Source: a virus. Taken from it: a stretch of 64,000 nucleotides of DNA. The DNA lies in IMG/VR virus record IMGVR_UViG_2716884754_000002, positions 2,917-66,916 of that record; one strand, given 5' to 3'. Numbering within the stretch: position 1 is the first letter of the stretch; every line of letters starts with the position of its first letter. Under the pieces are notes generated by a model that searched no databases, was not told the origin of the DNA, and saw nothing but the letters and a program-made list of their open reading frames with translations. Position numbers and translations under genes: made by a program. Below, one piece after another: positions 23,901 through 31,872 of the stretch.

Positions 23901-26063
23901 CCAATAATGGGTAATAGTAACCCCATTTGGACATTCCAACCTAAAAATTATAGTGGAGTCGTTATTGGTGGGTCACAATACAATTCAAATCTAATTGAAG
24001 ATTCAATAACAACCGCATTAATACAAAATGGGTATCCTGGTTTAGATGCAGTATTTGAACCACAATGGCAAAATTTTGAGATGACATTACCTCAAAATGT
24101 AATAGATAATTTAAGACAAAGTTACCCTAATAAACAATTTTATATTTCTTTGGAATTAGAAAATTATGAATGTAGTGTGTGTTTATTAATTGATAATATT
24201 CAAATAAATTATAAAACATACGATATACTACCATTTTATAATACTGAGGGTTGTGGGTTACCAGAATTAAGTTGTGTTATAGATAATAGAAAATCTTGGG
24301 TATATAAAGGAGATACAATTAACCCAGTTACTCACTTACCTGATGGTGAATGTCAAAAAAATGAAGTAACTTGTGCAACTCCACTACAAATAACTGCACA
24401 AAATAGATTATGGCAAAATTTAGAGTATAGATACACTGAATATGATTTTAATCATTCAGATTTAATCATCAACAGTAAATCTGCAGCATTTCAGATAGAT
24501 CCGTCTAAGTCTATTGAATGTGATGTTTATAATTTTTGGAGAAATATTGATTGTGATGAATGTCCTACCTCTTGTACGAGTGGTGAAAGTATTACATATG
24601 AAGGTAAAGTACAATATACTGCTAGTTCTTACACTGATTACAGTGTTGTATTGAGTGGTACTTCTGCTGGTGGTTTCACAGGAGATTGTAATACGTATGT
24701 GAGTTTATTAAATACTAATACTAATTTATTAAAAGAAGAATATTATGTATTAACGGCAGATTATTCACAAGCATTAAGTGCTGGATACACTGATTTTATT
24801 AATATTGGTGGTAGTATAGACACATTAAACATAGTAGAGAATGATTGTCAGGGTGATACTATAGTGTTAGGAAATAGATTTGATTTAAATGAGGAACAAA
24901 GATTAATTGTTGAGGATAGTGACGGAACGGTTTCTTTATGGGGACTTTATGTATATACTGGTTCGACACCTTATAGTGGTGGTGATATAAATGAAGTTAT
25001 TAGTGGTGTATCTGCACAAACATTTAATCAGACTAGTGGTATGACAGAAGAATGTTGTGAATCATTAAATAAAACATTATCATCTAAAGGTAAAAAAGGA
25101 TTAAGTTTAGATAAAAATTATGTGTGGGACACAACATTGAGTGGTTGTACTTGGAGAGAAATTAATGATGGTCAAGGAGATTGTACACATTGTGGTAACA
25201 CTACCGAATCTTCCTTTACTGCTACTAGTAGTGGGTTAACTTGTGAAGTAGTTAACAAAACGATATGTGTAAATCCGGTAGATTTCTTAGATACTCCCCC
25301 ATCTCAAATAAAAGTAAAAGAGGTGTTTGATGAAATGGTACAGAGAAATTTAATTAATGCACAAAATAGACAAACACTTAGTGGATACCCAACACTTAAA
25401 CTATTTTACGAATTATATTTAAATGCAACTAATTGTGGTAAAGATTATAGTGGTAAGTTAACTTACAATAATCTATTCCAATTTATGGATTTAATTGGGG
25501 ATTATTGGTTAGAATTAATTGAACAAGTAATTCCATCTACCACTATTATGGAAGGGTGTGAAAACTCAGGTAAAGTTTATAGGAATACTATTTTTGATAA
25601 TAATAAATTTACCTATAAGAAATACAGTTTAAACTTCTTAGAAGTAACTAATGAATGTAATGTTAGTGGTGTTACAAATAATTCAATAGGTCAAGAAACT
25701 GTAGATGTTGCAGTTGAAGAAGTTTGTTTAGGTGGTGGATGTTTAGGACAATCTAATAAAGATTGTGAAGATAGTATAAGTGTATTACAAGGACAAATTG
25801 ATACGTTACAATCCACTATAACTAGTATTGATGATCAATTACAAGTAATACAATTAGCAATAACATCATTAAAATCACAAAATAATAGTAATAATACTAG
25901 TAAAGAAACGTCTAAAGAAAATACGTTTAAACAAAGAGAAGACGAAAAGGCAAAAAAAGAAGAAAATAATAAAATTAAAGAGGAGGTAAGAAGACAAGAA
26001 GAAGCAGCAGCTAGAGAACAAAAAGCTAGGGACGCAAGAAATCAAAGAGATCAATTAAGTTAA
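17928..26063 (+). CDS. giant baseplate/tail protein (2711 aa) with gp7/P2 gpI-like wedge motif, CC repeats and coiled coils
   Basis: WKSKGTRKAIEFLFRFIG near 19410 resembles the KGT motif of baseplate wedge proteins; repeated CCxxxG motifs and long heptad regions. Confidence 0.65.
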   Translation: MPQQNQNNTNNNNNRKVIKVAGYAKRKFFDGGIEYRDFSDDLVGLQLTDDGGSSLFTMGNFKVTTNLSPKLNKTYNQGTYSDFYDLDSLDDKQFGAVKVQKNQKAGLNLDITNPLSYILYGSSEEKIRVSLEYIQEYFPAAIYVDNKIGAITGNNITDYVYDNLNDETSFTVSTNYFTNPFGINYTLSYNLVPEDQIPNPLRNLTVNYNQYVIEHNGISKKIKSFSGSTTKTNATLKFVVEGNPFPEITGLNFSQFTFLNPTYNASIPFFVKPNELKCEEFFSGLNDLEKNLLNRDVYPIYTATFSLPKETTQGVIVYSDEKITFPVLTDGYNLNFFDGIYITYLDEITSIGETLDKFKTDIIKRKYTAEVITGFDTIPRGDGGEDMVIDGAKATKLLRIYGVEFDEVKKYIDGIKFAHVVTYDKKNNTPDSLVKDLANMLGFSKFDFLTNPNILNNVLPSNGKGLFSGTSTPLSLEQIDIELYRRLILNVAWLWKSKGTRKAIEFLFRFIGAPESLVNFNEHIVIADKPVNIPHLKSLLYLYTGSSNLKDLPFDDDGYPLPIPNGGLVLVGFDNTTTPPSPIYETNWFQKSGGWYRETGGLNPPIDITEDNNPHAGVYDGGAFYLEQFLTCPFPNEIVSKFITLTGNTLYENQFINYNDGFINGTMDNDILYITPVSSVNNQIITEGIDIDFTVVSSPATSGGTTIFEQLCTEALEEYNEWVELIKENCELIYSPEWFRVQQNYIVAKNNLNREQSSRGTGINEALEICINVDCENIEVIENPCDHYEMINEDGFIYFVNENGKKVFFEEFPQCCVSAGGEYYTYVNQKNQKAFFCASESPCIGNPISSNGEAILFEVEGVNAVPDNIISITTPNNDRPTNDARRTTENELCKENSGSNTLNGCFQLTEQGEYYFGFKTKPNEEDFSTKISPREAPFVVYDKNNNPVGYIPQVPGMTLFTEGIVAINYVKSNGGIVYPSYQSSFGNNSESSDPQQALDKYVNNIRQGGEVPSDFYKYFTSVDCDKKNTTYESSIECCTYHGFDHYYVNITDPTDGSVRQVVYCRPKDTSATGDLTQPSTPGLGDILDPGKEIDKEIEVIEREKEVINKKISEEPSLSSKQKTELTTQKLTLEQRTLDLNSQKQKMEVSNRKTMTPANEKGFNKYVEGSNLNAVKTEGDQLVVGKDPKGVYTQGVDSTKPNNPTTDFGSPFSNPDLMDSINWEVASVDQYGRITFIPIDRNYDDVLSWELLAGEGADLYKECCLLQGYTFGEFQINPQTNELIPYNGQPNEYTNGSTFYACVDNTTLPCTELKDVKLVFGSNGNNGFFLPENTESNEVTIKFDYMIKYNAEELINCANIEVCKIPLDLYNNSIYNLDCRNFIVFTQTEDNKNILKDNINYIDSDVFAQNDFSLNSPNVGDLVVSELDGIPNLIPYWSTQNLQVWQTPGLQQQIDVEGDCCKAFGGNLLPIEQWGPVNEDNVYNIRREFNIAIKAISNNTRQPEWVTPEMYSNFKLINDNLNKVNKIIEEGCLNYTLFTEDNFCDDFERLITTEKVCALLTPLELGVNSEMLKEYWKLINQLLLMQKELEICVERKEGLSKIIEEVDKEMVLVEVEKETKRGDYRKTETNLENDLLTKQREILEIDDTLTNLRNQNTAIDVVKQDNLPKLDCNLYQQQIKEAQSFNVEEFCRNQPQPTTDNPDEILSAFNTCVNQKRFEIEQEVKKYQRLFESCVNSNVYSEEITRARVNNDTITEERFTEEYNTTLKQIDELQATIYCEDISELNESLRTNKEQENNIEKNVDVVANILGVEPTTIRNGNTTDLTTEQKVEVTRVANVNKTTENKLLIQKEEKEQELRSLETFKTQVRNEFKEQERELDENLTNINNIKENIVTENNNTVGRDCCKETLNVVRKLVSNIKKYRNNLYYETEALYQGWYLQRFEEYKLFVNEKMATAFEYMDELNLNFNIEVDNTSVGSQPPNQISSNLTTLPIMGNSNPIWTFQPKNYSGVVIGGSQYNSNLIEDSITTALIQNGYPGLDAVFEPQWQNFEMTLPQNVIDNLRQSYPNKQFYISLELENYECSVCLLIDNIQINYKTYDILPFYNTEGCGLPELSCVIDNRKSWVYKGDTINPVTHLPDGECQKNEVTCATPLQITAQNRLWQNLEYRYTEYDFNHSDLIINSKSAAFQIDPSKSIECDVYNFWRNIDCDECPTSCTSGESITYEGKVQYTASSYTDYSVVLSGTSAGGFTGDCNTYVSLLNTNTNLLKEEYYVLTADYSQALSAGYTDFINIGGSIDTLNIVENDCQGDTIVLGNRFDLNEEQRLIVEDSDGTVSLWGLYVYTGSTPYSGGDINEVISGVSAQTFNQTSGMTEECCESLNKTLSSKGKKGLSLDKNYVWDTTLSGCTWREINDGQGDCTHCGNTTESSFTATSSGLTCEVVNKTICVNPVDFLDTPPSQIKVKEVFDEMVQRNLINAQNRQTLSGYPTLKLFYELYLNATNCGKDYSGKLTYNNLFQFMDLIGDYWLELIEQVIPSTTIMEGCENSGKVYRNTIFDNNKFTYKKYSLNFLEVTNECNVSGVTNNSIGQETVDVAVEEVCLGGGCLGQSNKDCEDSISVLQGQIDTLQSTITSIDDQLQVIQLAITSLKSQNNSNNTSKETSKENTFKQREDEKAKKEENNKIKEEVRRQEEAAAREQKARDARNQRDQLS

Positions 26064-26073
26064 AAAAAAAGAT

Positions 26074-26676
26074 ATGAAAGACCCTAAAATAAAAATAATA
26101 CAAAATAGTCCAGAAGGTAAACAAAAACCGCCTTTGGAAGTGGATACTAATGCGATACCTAAACCTAATCCGACTACCCCAACTAATAATTCTTCTAATC
26201 AGGCACAAATTACTACATTACAAAATCAATATAATTCATTGGTTAACCAAAAAGAAGTTTATACTAACGAACTAGACTTATTAAATCAGCAATTACAACA
26301 ACTTAAAGATGATTGTGAAGAACTAGCTGCACAACAAGCTCAACAACAACAACAATTTATATCAACTAAAGACGATTGTAATTCTTTAAGTATTGAGATA
26401 GAGGCGGTGCAACAACAATTAAAGTTAATCCCACCTAGTACAGTAAGTGGTTGTACTACTAATTCTTCATATAACAGTTTACTGGCTTATTTAAATGAAT
26501 TAAAAGAAAAATATAATAATTGTATAACTGGTGCTCAGGCTACTAATGTTACACAATATAATACGGTATTTATCACACAAATATACAACACTAACGAATA
26601 TGAAGGTAATGTGACAGTTATTGGTGATGATGAGTGGGATGATAATAACCAATTAATTAATGATTGTATACAATAA
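26074..26676 (+). CDS. Gln-rich coiled-coil protein
   Basis: 200 aa with heptads and AAQQAQQQQQ; starts 10 nt after the giant ORF. Confidence 0.6.
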   Translation: MKDPKIKIIQNSPEGKQKPPLEVDTNAIPKPNPTTPTNNSSNQAQITTLQNQYNSLVNQKEVYTNELDLLNQQLQQLKDDCEELAAQQAQQQQQFISTKDDCNSLSIEIEAVQQQLKLIPPSTVSGCTTNSSYNSLLAYLNELKEKYNNCITGAQATNVTQYNTVFITQIYNTNEYEGNVTVIGDDEWDDNNQLINDCIQ

Positions 26677-26678
26677 AT

Positions 26679-26686
26679 ATATTTAT
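26679..26686 (+). promoter_or_regulatory. ATATTTAT motif
   Basis: Exact 8-mer ending 5 nt before ATG 26692. Confidence 0.55.
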
Positions 26687-26691
26687 AGATA

Positions 26692-29610
26692 ATGGCGAAT
26701 ATAAAAGGAAATATTACAAACCCAATTACTTTAAACGGTAAAGTTGTTTCAGAAATAGAGGTAAGGACTGATTTTACTCCAACCTTAAATGTTAGTTATT
26801 TGGCAAATTCTTTATCACCTTCCCTTTTTACTGTAAATAACGCTTATTTCTTAGATGATTTGTCTAATGTGAGAGATTTAATTTTTAAAAGTGTACCAGT
26901 AACATTAGGGAATAGTGCATTAAAAGATTCATCCCCTAATAAATTATGTTTATTTAATTATGAAGTGGATGGTGATGGTAATTTAGTAGATATGGATATA
27001 TTTGCTAATATCCCAATGCAATACATAGATGGTGGTAAAACGTATACACAATATGGTGCTATTAGTGAGAAGAAAAATTATTTAGGGTGGGAGCCTTTGA
27101 GTAATGAAGACAAATATTCACACATTGAGAGAACAGATGTATATGGGTTTGATTATCCACAATTTACCCCTAGAGGCACTAGAAAGATACCTGTAACAGA
27201 AAGTGCGGATACTTTATGTGGCCCAGTTACTTATGTAGAAAATGAATATACCTATGATAGATTAAATTATAATTGGTTTTTCGGTAATAATGCGGGAATA
27301 AATTTTAATACAATAAAAAGTGGGGCAACACCAGTTACTATTACAGGTAGTGTAGTATCACAAGAAGGATGTTCTTCGATATCTGACCAAGAAGGTAATC
27401 TATTATTTTATACAGATGGTGAAAATGTTTATACTAAGTTAAATACTATAATGTTAAATGGGACTGGATTAAGTAGTTCAGGAACCTCCACACAATCTAG
27501 TATTATAGTACCCCAACCTGATAGTAATAATTATTATATTTTCACTACGGATTTTGAAGGGAATCCAGATGGGTTTGAATATAGTATTGTTGATATGACT
27601 TTACAAGATGGTTTGGGGCAAGTAACTACAAAAAACATTAAGTTGATTAATAATCCAATAACTGAAAAAGTAACTTCTTGTAATCACGCAAATGATGAAG
27701 ACTATTGGGTTATTACACATACAAGTGGAGATTCTAGATATTACGCTTATAAGTTAAGTAGTAGTGGGTTAGTTGCACCTGTTATTTCTAATATCGGTCA
27801 AGTTCATAACAGTAGTAGAGGGTATATGAAAACTTCTTTAAATGGGGATAAATTAATTTCCTTATTATACGATGAAAACATAATTCAAATTTTAGACTTT
27901 GATGCGTCGGGAGGTACATTAAGTAATGAAATAGTTTTAACGGGATTAACATTTAGTAATGGTCCGTATGGATTAGAGTATTCTTCAGATTCTACTAAAT
28001 TTTATGTTTCGGATGGGGCATCCCAAACTATTAAACAGTTTGATTTGAGTTACACTTCTTCCACAGAAATGGTGGAAAATGTAATAGAAGTGGCATCTAT
28101 AACTGACTCTAGTTTAGGTGCGTTGCAAATGGGTCCGGATGAAAAAATATATGTGGCAGACAATTTAAAAAATCATTTACATGTTATACATCGACCTAAT
28201 GGATTAGGGGTACAATGTAATTTTCAAGAAAGAGGGTTTTATTTAACTGGTGTCACAAGTGGTATAACTTCTACATGGGGGTTACCAAATACCGTCACAA
28301 CCAAAGATCTTTCTTGTGACAGATATATTTACGTCAGTGAAAGAGATAGAACACCTTTTGAATTTGATTTAATAATGAATGATGTATCAAATGTTATTCA
28401 ACCTAATATGTTGAACTTTACTGCGGAGATATATCCATTTAACCATAATACGGGTGCTTTTGATGTAGAAAGTTTATTTAACCAATCATTTACTTATGAT
28501 AGGTTTAGTGGAGAAAGCGGTACTACTTTATCTATACCAGTTAGTGGGGTTAGTGAAGGAGAATTTATAATTAAAGGTTATTATGAATATCCGATAAAAA
28601 CATTGCTCCAAAAACAGTTAGGTTTTAGAAGAAATAGTATAAATAATTATAAAAGAGGTACAGAGTATAATATCTATAACCCTGAAACGGATTGGTATTT
28701 TTTAAATATATATGAGGCAGATAAACCTACATTTAGTAATACAGATGTAACACCCGTCAGTACTATTAGTAATTTGAAGGTTGTTAGTACTTTTACTAAT
28801 TCTGGAGACACTATTTTTTATTATAATTCTCAGTCTGATCCTATTGTAACTTATAATGGTGTGGTATTGGCTAAAGATATAGAATATAGTGCAATTACAA
28901 CAGGTACAACCCCATATGTTTTATTTAATACACCAACATTGGCGGATCAAATGGTTACTTTAGCTTATGTAGAAGAAGGTAATACAAATGAGTTAATTGC
29001 AGATACTTATACCGTTATTGCACCAATAGCGAGTGGTAAAACAAATGAACAAACTTCTGAAGATAAATTGTATTATAATACAGATAGGGCTAATTTTGAA
29101 TTCTATTTAGAGATACAACCTTATGGTGACGTTATTTTTACATTAAATGGTACACCATTATCTAATAATATAGAATATCTTCGTTCTTCTAGTGATTTTA
29201 GAAGAATAATAATATTAGTTGATATTAAACCGGGAGATTTAATACAAGTATTTTATAATCCATTAACGGGTGTGTTTGGACCTTTACAAACGAATGAACC
29301 AACATTATCTTGGTCTATAGTTAATGCTCCTACATTAGGACAAAGTGGATTGTTCACAGTTCAAATAACCAATGTTACTGACGAGGATTATGAAAATGTA
29401 CAATATTTTGATAGTGTACCATATGTGATTGGACAGAGAACATATTCAGTAACAATGAATTTATCTAATGCAGTGGCAGGTGATAAATTAATGTATAGAA
29501 TAAAAAATGAAAAATTTTATACCCCAATAGTGGGACAAATAATAACAAGTGTTGCTTATAGTGACTCAATTCCTATAGAAATAGTCACAAATAAGGGAAA
29601 TATTTATTAA
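26692..29610 (+). CDS. putative tail/receptor-binding protein with a Bacteroidota T9SS-cargo-type beta-propeller
   Basis: NWFFGNNAGINF...QEGCSSISDQEGNLLFYTDG...STQSSIIVPQP...LQMGPDEKIY...WGLPN, plus two C-terminal (Y/L)NGxxL...EY repeats. Confidence 0.65.
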   Translation: MANIKGNITNPITLNGKVVSEIEVRTDFTPTLNVSYLANSLSPSLFTVNNAYFLDDLSNVRDLIFKSVPVTLGNSALKDSSPNKLCLFNYEVDGDGNLVDMDIFANIPMQYIDGGKTYTQYGAISEKKNYLGWEPLSNEDKYSHIERTDVYGFDYPQFTPRGTRKIPVTESADTLCGPVTYVENEYTYDRLNYNWFFGNNAGINFNTIKSGATPVTITGSVVSQEGCSSISDQEGNLLFYTDGENVYTKLNTIMLNGTGLSSSGTSTQSSIIVPQPDSNNYYIFTTDFEGNPDGFEYSIVDMTLQDGLGQVTTKNIKLINNPITEKVTSCNHANDEDYWVITHTSGDSRYYAYKLSSSGLVAPVISNIGQVHNSSRGYMKTSLNGDKLISLLYDENIIQILDFDASGGTLSNEIVLTGLTFSNGPYGLEYSSDSTKFYVSDGASQTIKQFDLSYTSSTEMVENVIEVASITDSSLGALQMGPDEKIYVADNLKNHLHVIHRPNGLGVQCNFQERGFYLTGVTSGITSTWGLPNTVTTKDLSCDRYIYVSERDRTPFEFDLIMNDVSNVIQPNMLNFTAEIYPFNHNTGAFDVESLFNQSFTYDRFSGESGTTLSIPVSGVSEGEFIIKGYYEYPIKTLLQKQLGFRRNSINNYKRGTEYNIYNPETDWYFLNIYEADKPTFSNTDVTPVSTISNLKVVSTFTNSGDTIFYYNSQSDPIVTYNGVVLAKDIEYSAITTGTTPYVLFNTPTLADQMVTLAYVEEGNTNELIADTYTVIAPIASGKTNEQTSEDKLYYNTDRANFEFYLEIQPYGDVIFTLNGTPLSNNIEYLRSSSDFRRIIILVDIKPGDLIQVFYNPLTGVFGPLQTNEPTLSWSIVNAPTLGQSGLFTVQITNVTDEDYENVQYFDSVPYVIGQRTYSVTMNLSNAVAGDKLMYRIKNEKFYTPIVGQIITSVAYSDSIPIEIVTNKGNIY

Positions 29611-29627
29611 TAATATTTACATTGAGC

Positions 29628-29635
29628 ATATTTAT
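29628..29635 (+). promoter_or_regulatory. ATATTTAT motif
   Basis: Exact 8-mer upstream of ATG 29655. Confidence 0.5.
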
Positions 29636-29654
29636 AATAAAATAATAATTAGTA

Positions 29655-31862
29655 ATGAGTTATATAAATAAACAAAATACCGCTTTAGTAAGAGTTAAGT
29701 TAACTGATATTGGTAGAGAACAATTAGCACAAGGAAAATTAACATATAATTCTTGGGTGGCAGGTGACTCAGAAGTGGACTATAATTATGTTAAGGGATG
29801 GAAAGAATTTGTACCTAGTAGTAATGCGGCAACTGGGGAGTTTTTCTTTTATGGGGGAGACGGTTCAGTAACTAGAAATATTTATTCAAAAGTTTTAAGA
29901 CCTAAAGATGAACAACCATTTTTCACTTCATTTCTTTTAAATAACCAAAACGAATTTATACAACCAATTGATACACAAAGTAGTTTACAATTAATAAAAG
30001 GTGTTGTAAGTAATCAGGCGGCAGATAGAGGATTTTTCTCTGGGTCGACTGTTGATGTTGGGTTAACGGCACAAACTTCAACAGAGTTTATTAAAGAAAG
30101 TGGTACAATTGATTTATCTAATTTTACGGGTGAAATTGAGGCTACACCCTTCATACAAGGGGTTTTATCAGGAATTACACTAACCGCAACCAGCGAAGAT
30201 GATTATATAATGTTTAGATTTAGTAATCCAACGTTAGGTGATGTGGATACACCACAAATGACTGCAGCAACTGTCAATCAATTTTATAATATAACAAGTA
30301 TTAGTGGTTCGACTATCAAAGTAGATAGAGAATTACCTAATTTTAGTGGTTTTGCTGGTACAATTATAACTTATTATACTCTACCTGGTGGTGATGATCC
30401 GGAAGATGATTATTATGGATTACCATCGTTATCTTCTTATTGGAATACAGGTACACTTTCTTTTGATAGTAGTTGTGATATTTGTGTAGAAAATATACCA
30501 GTGTGGAATATGAACAATGTGTGGACAGAAAATATGGCAGGACAATGGAAAGAAAACACACAAAATTACCATAATCACACATTATTTGGTTCAGAACAAT
30601 ATGCAGGAACTAAACAATATCTAAAATATAATGAAAACCCAACAGTTACACTTAATAGTAATCAGTTATCTGTTAGTTATATGGATCAATATGTAAAAGG
30701 TATTTCTATTATCCATTATACTAATAGTTGTATTTCTAATTTTTATGGGGAAATGTTTAATATAGACGGACAAAGTGGTAAATTATTGAATTTAGATATT
30801 CCTGTAATGTGGCACAGACGAAGTGACGGAGGAACTGCCAGTGGTACTACATTAGGAATGAGATTTGTTAGTGACACAATAGAAAAAACATTAAGTAATA
30901 CTGATATAGAATATTATGATTTAATAGAGTTTAGTGGAATGTCTGTTACACCAGATGCACCATTAGCAGTGGGTAAAGTATTCCCACAATTAAAGATTGT
31001 GGTTATTGATAATGAAGAATTGTTGGCAGCAATGTCTTATAAATCAAATAGAAACTACTCACTTCCTGATTTGGCAGCTAATTTAATCCCATGTGTAGAT
31101 GGTGATTGTACCGGATGTTTAAGTGCGGGCGAGTCGATGTTTTTAACATATGCTTTACAATATACGGGTAGTACAGGATTTACAACTGTTTTACCTTGTC
31201 AAAGATATACAATACTAGAAAATAATACTCAAAGTGATAAAGATTTACAATTTAGAATTAATAATGTGAGTCAATTACCTTATATGAGAAAATTAGAATC
31301 ACCTTCATATGATGGTTATGGATTTTATGCAAATCAGTTTGTTTTATTAGCACAAAAAATAAATAAAGCAACACAGACTAGACCAAATCCATCTGAATGG
31401 AGAGTAGTAGATTACACAAGTCCTTTAATAACTAGTGTAGCTGGAGAAACTATTGACCCAATTCTTTTGGAAAATCAAAATAGTGCAAATACAGGATTTG
31501 AATTAATAGGTAGTGTGTATGATGCAGCAAGTGCCAATACATTTAATTTAGGGGTTGAATTAGACTTACCTAAAGGAGATAGTTATGGTAAATTAAATTT
31601 TGGGGATGAAAGATTATTTTATGGTAATTTAAGAACTTTTATTGGTGCAACAATATACAAAACTTTATTTACCATAAATGTGGATGGAGCTACTTTACAA
31701 AGTAGTTGTAATACCACTTATACTGTAGGTACAGATAGATTTATTTCTGAAGTGGGAATTTTAGATAGTGATGGTAATTTAGTATTAGTAGGTAAATTAT
31801 CTAGACCAATAAGAATAGCGGATAGTAGTACTGCCTCTATTGAACTAACAATTGATTTTTAA
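29655..31862 (+). CDS. putative tail-collar/fibre attachment protein (P2 gpH N-terminal-like fold with large insertion)
   Basis: N-terminal KLTDIGREQLA...AGDS and C-terminal ISEVGILDSDGNLVLVGKLSRPI. Confidence 0.55.
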   Translation: MSYINKQNTALVRVKLTDIGREQLAQGKLTYNSWVAGDSEVDYNYVKGWKEFVPSSNAATGEFFFYGGDGSVTRNIYSKVLRPKDEQPFFTSFLLNNQNEFIQPIDTQSSLQLIKGVVSNQAADRGFFSGSTVDVGLTAQTSTEFIKESGTIDLSNFTGEIEATPFIQGVLSGITLTATSEDDYIMFRFSNPTLGDVDTPQMTAATVNQFYNITSISGSTIKVDRELPNFSGFAGTIITYYTLPGGDDPEDDYYGLPSLSSYWNTGTLSFDSSCDICVENIPVWNMNNVWTENMAGQWKENTQNYHNHTLFGSEQYAGTKQYLKYNENPTVTLNSNQLSVSYMDQYVKGISIIHYTNSCISNFYGEMFNIDGQSGKLLNLDIPVMWHRRSDGGTASGTTLGMRFVSDTIEKTLSNTDIEYYDLIEFSGMSVTPDAPLAVGKVFPQLKIVVIDNEELLAAMSYKSNRNYSLPDLAANLIPCVDGDCTGCLSAGESMFLTYALQYTGSTGFTTVLPCQRYTILENNTQSDKDLQFRINNVSQLPYMRKLESPSYDGYGFYANQFVLLAQKINKATQTRPNPSEWRVVDYTSPLITSVAGETIDPILLENQNSANTGFELIGSVYDAASANTFNLGVELDLPKGDSYGKLNFGDERLFYGNLRTFIGATIYKTLFTINVDGATLQSSCNTTYTVGTDRFISEVGILDSDGNLVLVGKLSRPIRIADSSTASIELTIDF

Positions 31863-31872
31863 AAATATTCTA

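Noticed and set aside
8385-26063. Eukaryotic giant-virus origin suggested by Cys-rich giant proteins
   Set aside because: Baseplate genes, sigma factors, bacterial promoters, terminators and peptidoglycan hydrolases indicate a bacteriophage.
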